Part shown: positions 59,637-64,000 of the stretch, piece by piece
Layout: every line of letters begins with the position of its first letter
How positions within the stretch are numbered: position 1 is the stretch's first letter
Virus record (IMG/VR): IMGVR_UViG_3300009514_000005
Coordinates: 1-64,000 of that record
Source: a virus
Direction: 5' to 3' (one strand)
DNA: 64,000 nt
Translations under genes and position numbers: made by a program
The notes under the pieces: generated by a model
What the model saw: the letters and a program-made list of their open reading frames with translations, nothing else
The model's database searches: none
What the model was told of the DNA's origin: nothing

Positions 59637-60621
59637 TTAATTTCTCCTTATACCAATCAACAGTTTTAATTAGATCATTCATAAAGGTTTTCTCTTCCAT
59701 ATAATTTTGGAGCCCAAAATCATCCGTTGTGTTTCTTCCTAGAGCATAACGAACATCATGACCAGGTCTATCCGCTATGGACTTAATTAGCTCTTGAGGT
59801 TTGCCTAATAAACCAAGGATTAATCGAGCCATAACAATATTTGGAATCTCCTGGGTTCCGGTAATATGAAGGACTTCTCCCGGAGGAAAGAAGGTTGCTA
59901 TGGAAACATCTCTCGTAAATTTACAAACATGATCGATATGGACCCATTCCCTACTTTGATATCCGTCACCATAAATAGGGATGCTCTCATCTTGAAGGGC
60001 CTTCCTGATAACGGTAGGAATAAATTTTTCATCATGCTGATAAGGGCCAAAAATATTTACACATCGAGTCGTAACAACCGGAAGAGAAAAGGTCTTAATA
60101 TAGGCTTGGGCCAAGCATTCCTGGGCTGCTTTTGTTGCCGAATAAACGGACCCACAATTAAAAACGGATCGTTCATAAGCCTTACCCTCGGAAAGACAAG
60201 CGACAACCTCATCAGTGCCGAATAAAAGAATCTGCTCTAATTCCTTGATCTCTCTAGCCACCTCAAAAAGTTCAAGGGTTCCTCTTACGTTATCGTCGAC
60301 GAATTGCCTTGGGCCCATAATAGAGCGATCAACATGAGACTGAGCAGCCAAGTGAATAATTCGATTAAATCCCTGTTCTTTGCAAAATTTTTTCAAATCT
60401 CTTCCGAAAGTTCCAAGACGATACGTAACCGTTTTTTCTCCTTCATTATAAAGAAACGTAAAATCATTTATTTTGCTTGTATCGAAGGTATTGATCTCGT
60501 CAATGCCTGGCCTTAAGTTATCCATATCGAGGCCGATAACTTCAAAACCATCAAATGATCTCAAGAAAGGAATTAGATTTCTTCCAACAAATCCATCAGA
60601 ACCAGTAACTAAAATTTTCAT
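59626..60621 (-). CDS. rfbB: dTDP-glucose 4,6-dehydratase
   Basis: VTGSDGFVG, HLAAQSHVDRSI, TDEV, YSATKAA, NIFGPYQH.EKFIP, DRPGHD.RY. Confidence 0.9.
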   Translation of the reverse strand: MKILVTGSDGFVGRNLIPFLRSFDGFEVIGLDMDNLRPGIDEINTFDTSKINDFTFLYNEGEKTVTYRLGTFGRDLKKFCKEQGFNRIIHLAAQSHVDRSIMGPRQFVDDNVRGTLELFEVAREIKELEQILLFGTDEVVACLSEGKAYERSVFNCGSVYSATKAAQECLAQAYIKTFSLPVVTTRCVNIFGPYQHDEKFIPTVIRKALQDESIPIYGDGYQSREWVHIDHVCKFTRDVSIATFFPPGEVLHITGTQEIPNIVMARLILGLLGKPQELIKSIADRPGHDVRYALGRNTTDDFGLQNYMEEKTFMNDLIKTVDWYKEKLNER

Positions 60622-60656
60622 AAAAAAAGCTCCTAAAGGTATAACCTATAAGGAGC
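60622..60656 (-). terminator. intrinsic terminator whose 3' arm contains the rfbB SD
   Basis: GCTCCT...AGGAGC stem then T7 directly followed by ATG 60621. Confidence 0.7.
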
Positions 60657-60691
60657 CTATACAGAGTGTAATGTTTGTGCAAGACAAAGTG

Positions 60692-61259
60692 TTAAACAGC
60701 GCTTACCGAAAACTTAGCATGACTACCGTCAACTAGGGATTTAATCCTAACGCCTCTTTTCCCTGGATTACGAATAACCCGCTCTGATCCAGCCCTAACG
60801 ATTCCGCCTGCCTCTTCGTTGCCGCTTTGGTTAACCCATTGATAGGCAATATCATTTGCGGCATCTTCGTTTTCTATATGGATAGAGCTGGCCTGAAACC
60901 CAAATGCGAAATCATTGTCGGCAAAATTATTTGTCGATGTTTCTTCGCCACTAAAAAAGAAATAATCTGTAACCGAATTTCCGAATCCCGATGTTTTACC
61001 CGAAAACTCTCCTGTTCCTGACACGCTCATAATCTAACTCCAATTGATTGGACTATCCCTCAGTGAGAATTTTACGCTCCCTGACCTCGTTTATGTTTTG
61101 TTTTGATGCAATGTGTTTTTTTAATGCATTACTAATAACGTCAGTAACCGCTTTATTTTCTTTTTTGGCGATTTCGAAAAGCTGATTATAAGAATCTGGA
61201 TCTATTCCCATCATGTAAATATCACCCATATCTTTTGGTTTTTCATTTTCCATCGTCAA
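60692..61259 (-). other. hypothetical beta-rich protein (60692..61030) and RHH-like protein (61053..61259)
   Basis: Co-oriented; the second has an RHH-like amphipathic pattern. Confidence 0.55.
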
Positions 61260-61283
61260 CTCCTTTTCTCGATCATAGCATAA

Positions 61284-62087
61284 TTAAAAAATACTTTTTA
61301 CAGCACTGAGAAGATTTGGGCTCTTTGGCGGCTGAGTTCCAACCCTATTAACATTGTCCTGTAGGTTATATCTATCTTTCCAGTGTTGTTCAATACTTGT
61401 CCTATCAACATAACCCCAATTACTTCCAATTTGAATGCTTTCAGCAAAAGACAAGCTAACCGTAACAATCCTAGGTTGGCCACCTCTGAAAAAAGATTCA
61501 TAAGTTACGTCACACTGAAGCATTAAACAACTCACGGAATCAAGGAAAGACCCGAAGACCCCGCTTGTAACTCCGCTATTGGGTAAATACAAAATCAATT
61601 GAGGAGGAGGTTTTGCTAATCTATTTTTATAAGTTGGATAAGTTTTTGATCTAAGCCAAGCTACAGCAGCGGCTACGTCTACATTGAACCTATTTCCTGT
61701 TCCGGCCTTTATTGTATTCAAGGTAGATGTTCTGTTATCTCTAAACCTATCAATTGTTGCCGTACGATTTGTGCGATCATTTTGAGCAACAGCGCTGAAT
61801 GTAATATCTTCAGGAGGCTGTTCGTCAGAAGTGAAAGTGGCCGAAAAGCTAATCACTCTCGCATTACCATGAAGCCATTGATAAAGAGGATGAGATCCAC
61901 CAATGGCATTTTTGGTAATATATTCAACGCCTCTTGAGTCGTCGATTGTTTCTGGGTAATACTGAAAAGCCCTGGCGGTATCATAAAGAATATTGCCATC
62001 GCTATCCAGCTCAACAAGAGATGCCAGAGCAACCTTTCGATCTTCCCTTGTGCTTAGCACCTTTGAGACTGAACTTATAATAGACAT
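61284..62087 (-). CDS. contractile-tail tube/tube-initiator-like protein
   Basis: FQYYPETI.DSR.VEY....IGGSHPLYQW.HG..R.ISF and PPP.L.L...C.M..CDVTY..FF..G.PR..TVSLSF.E. Confidence 0.7.
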   Translation of the reverse strand: MSIISSVSKVLSTREDRKVALASLVELDSDGNILYDTARAFQYYPETIDDSRGVEYITKNAIGGSHPLYQWLHGNARVISFSATFTSDEQPPEDITFSAVAQNDRTNRTATIDRFRDNRTSTLNTIKAGTGNRFNVDVAAAVAWLRSKTYPTYKNRLAKPPPQLILYLPNSGVTSGVFGSFLDSVSCLMLQCDVTYESFFRGGQPRIVTVSLSFAESIQIGSNWGYVDRTSIEQHWKDRYNLQDNVNRVGTQPPKSPNLLSAVKSIF

Positions 62088-62118
62088 CTATTCGATTCCT
62101 TACGAAAAATAACTATCT

Positions 62119-62433
62119 CTATCTTACTATTTTTGGCTTAGTTTTTCTCTTCTTCTTTGCAGCTTTTTTCTTTGGCCGTTTCTTGGTGGCCTTTTCCCAA
62201 TTACCATCAATTTCCTGACCGTCAGTCACAGTGGATGCCTGATCTTCCACCCGACCCTTTTCGGTCATTTCCTGCGTTCTTTTATTGACCTGCTTTTTAA
62301 GCCACCGGAACAAAAAGAATGCCCCAATACTAAAAAGACCACCCACGATCCAAGAAATTGGACCACTGTTAAAAAATTTTAAAACTGATTCGATTAATCC
62401 TACTGGCTCCATGACCAACTCCCTTTTTTCCAT
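62119..62433 (-). CDS. small membrane protein with basic tail
   Basis: One TM helix ISWIVGGLFSIGAFFLF, Lys-rich C-terminus. Confidence 0.6.
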   Translation of the reverse strand: MEKRELVMEPVGLIESVLKFFNSGPISWIVGGLFSIGAFFLFRWLKKQVNKRTQEMTEKGRVEDQASTVTDGQEIDGNWEKATKKRPKKKAAKKKRKTKPKIVR

Positions 62434-63320
62434 TCACCTATTACAGATCTTCCCTTCACAGTGAGAAGCCTTAATACATGGGGATCTTTCTTTTTGAATT
62501 TGAACTTCGCCTTGGTTTTAAACTTATGCTTGTCGTCCAAAACAATTACTGAAGTTGACGGATCCCCTTCTACTTCAATCTTACCATTTTTATGACGCAC
62601 TATGGGGATTGGAAGTGGGGCAAATCCAGAATCATACACAGCCACCAAAACATTCAAGTAAACATCAGGGAACTGCCCCTGGGAAATATACCCGTCAAGA
62701 ACACAAATCCTGGGCCCCGTTTTTGCCAAAGCCTCATTGAGTTTAATCTCCGCAATCCCACCTGTTAAAGTGAGGTTTTTTCTATAGGCTATCCCGCATC
62801 CATTCAGCTCCACGCTGACTTGACCGACCCCGCCCACATCAACCCTAAGGTACGAATCCAAGCTCCCTGTGAGCTTTCTAGTGTCTCCCAACCAAGTCTC
62901 ACCATCTGTCATCCTAATAGCCAAATATCCCCTAAAGGAATGAATCTGGATCCCGGAGTTTTCTTCATTGGGAAGCTCCGGAGAAACCGTCATAGAAATC
63001 AAACAATCCCGATCAATTTTTCCAGGAATAATAATTGGAATTTCTTCTGACCCATCGTACCGAAAAGAGTAATCAATTGAGCATCGGCCTGAATAAACCT
63101 TGATCGATCCCTTGTAATAGGAAGCGATTTTAATACCCAAGTTTTGATATTTTTTTCCCTTTTCGAGAGAGCAAACTCCAAGACCATTCCACCTCTTTCC
63201 ACAGGCGATGATTTCTGCTGAAGGATAAATAGACTGAATCGCAGGAAGAGCGGGATCCGGCCTAACTTTACCGGCACAACCAACAAGAACAAAGATAAGA
63301 GAAAAAATTAAATACTTCAT
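62400..63320 (-). CDS. lipoprotein
   Basis: MKYLIFSLIFVLVGC lipobox; AGGAGG SD; several Cys. Confidence 0.75.
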   Translation of the reverse strand: MKYLIFSLIFVLVGCAGKVRPDPALPAIQSIYPSAEIIACGKRWNGLGVCSLEKGKKYQNLGIKIASYYKGSIKVYSGRCSIDYSFRYDGSEEIPIIIPGKIDRDCLISMTVSPELPNEENSGIQIHSFRGYLAIRMTDGETWLGDTRKLTGSLDSYLRVDVGGVGQVSVELNGCGIAYRKNLTLTGGIAEIKLNEALAKTGPRICVLDGYISQGQFPDVYLNVLVAVYDSGFAPLPIPIVRHKNGKIEVEGDPSTSVIVLDDKHKFKTKAKFKFKKKDPHVLRLLTVKGRSVIGEWKKGSWSWSQ

Positions 63321-63331
63321 GATGACCTCCT

Positions 63332-63361
63332 AAAAAAAGAGCCTAGCATAAAACTAGGCCC
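63332..63361 (-). terminator. intrinsic terminator
   Basis: GCCTAG-TTTTATG-CTAGGC followed by TC and T7. Confidence 0.75.
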
Positions 63362-63389
63362 AATACTCATAACAGGAGGATTCAAACGG

Positions 63390-63689
63390 CTATTTTGTTC
63401 TTTGGGGTAAAACTTTATCAATAAGATCCGCAAGCTTTTCGGCAATCGCAGAAACCTTATGCAAAGTTTTTGCAGCCAAATGAATAATAGATAAAGGCTT
63501 TTCTGTTTTAAATAGTCTTAACCCTAGCTCTACAGCTCCAGCGATGACCAAAATGCCTTTTCCTTCTCCGGGAATTAAGGCCAAAATTTTGTCAAAAATG
63601 TCCGGACCTGCGACCTCTTGAGCAAACGCTATCACTGGATAAATAAAAGCCAATATAAATATTGAAATTGTTAAATATAGATTTTTCAT
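63390..63689 (-). CDS. small membrane protein (holin-like or accessory lysis protein)
   Basis: N-terminal hydrophobic helix and a second hydrophobic segment; coupled to the holin. Confidence 0.5.
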   Translation of the reverse strand: MKNLYLTISIFILAFIYPVIAFAQEVAGPDIFDKILALIPGEGKGILVIAGAVELGLRLFKTEKPLSIIHLAAKTLHKVSAIAEKLADLIDKVLPQRTK

Positions 63690-64000
63690 GGTTTCTCCTT
63701 TGTTTCTTCCTCTTTATTATCCTTCATTACCTTCAAAAATTTAACTAAATTTTTCGGTACCGGAATTCCTATTTGACAAGAGTTTTCTAAAATAGACAAG
63801 CCCTCAGTAATTGCCAGGAAAGACTCTATCATGGTAGCTGCCGCTTTTATTGGAAGCACCCTGTCAACCAAATTACCTGTCGCAACAAGGATAAAATAAA
63901 CACAAACCTTTACTGCAACTCTGCAAAATTCTGGAGTATTTAAATCACCTGTTTTGGCAGACTTTATAACTCCTAAAATAGTATCGAAAATGATTAGGCA
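63686..64000 (-). CDS. phage holin (holin_4_1/TcdE-like), 5' end outside window
   Basis: Frame open to window edge: IIFDTILGVIKS...E.LSILEN..IGIPVPK.L.K.L. Confidence 0.8.
   Translation of the reverse strand, partial: CLIIFDTILGVIKSAKTGDLNTPEFCRVAVKVCVYFILVATGNLVDRVLPIKAAATMIESFLAITEGLSILENSCQIGIPVPKNLVKFLKVMKDNKEEETKEKP

Noticed and set aside
895-60736. Most plus-strand ORFs in the track (e.g. 29867..30457, 44677..45051, 12820..13128)
   Set aside because: They are antisense shadows of well-supported minus-strand genes, with no SD or recognisable motifs; only 49123..50905 and 53765..53935 are accepted on the plus strand.
1-64000. Stop-codon reassignment (alternative genetic code)
   Set aside because: Long conserved genes are intact under code 11 and TAA, TAG and TGA all end genes at normal junctions.
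1-64000. 7-deazaguanine, reverse transcriptase/DGR, integrase, transposase or group I/II intron genes
   Set aside because: No QueC/D/E/FolE/DpdA, YxDD RT, tyrosine/serine recombinase or DDE motifs were recognised in any ORF.

Overview
A 64 kb slice of a large, AT-rich, tailed dsDNA bacteriophage. A contractile-tail tube-type gene, a holin, an endolysin and a lipoprotein point to a myovirus of a probably Gram-negative host. Standard genetic code. Genes are densely packed and almost all on the minus strand. Layout: 1-30 kb is mostly short hypothetical genes, plus a HAD hydrolase, cold-shock protein, SNF2 helicase, PD-(D/E)XK nuclease, two methyltransferases, DnaQ-like exonuclease, YkgJ-like Cys-cluster protein and a PAPS-reductase-family protein. 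It also holds a degenerate tRNA and a 121-nt tRNA-like RNA. 30-49 kb has an endolysin, a ParB-like protein and a recombination/replication operon: Cas4-like nuclease, Gp157, SF2 helicase, SSB, two glycosyltransferases, primase, DnaB, a DnaC-like protein lacking Walker A, and a wHTH initiator with internal repeats. Upstream lie a wHTH paralog, a candidate attenuator, a second PAPS-reductase-family gene and UvrD. 49.1-50.9 kb is a plus-strand sulfation cassette (DUF2061-like, APS kinase fused to an HxGH nucleotidyltransferase, sulfotransferase). 51-64 kb has a methyltransferase, ClpP, RusA, metallophosphoesterase, RHH regulators, an Ocr-like protein, RmlB, a tail-tube-like gene and the lysis genes. 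The most interesting signals are (1) the self-contained PAPS/sulfotransferase cassette together with a dispersed glycan-building kit, (2) a plasmid-like replication-control region with a leaderless Phe-rich uORF complementary to a terminator hairpin, an initiator paralog and iteron-like repeats, and (3) the expanded tRNA-like RNA. All family assignments come from motif recognition by eye; no database searches were run.
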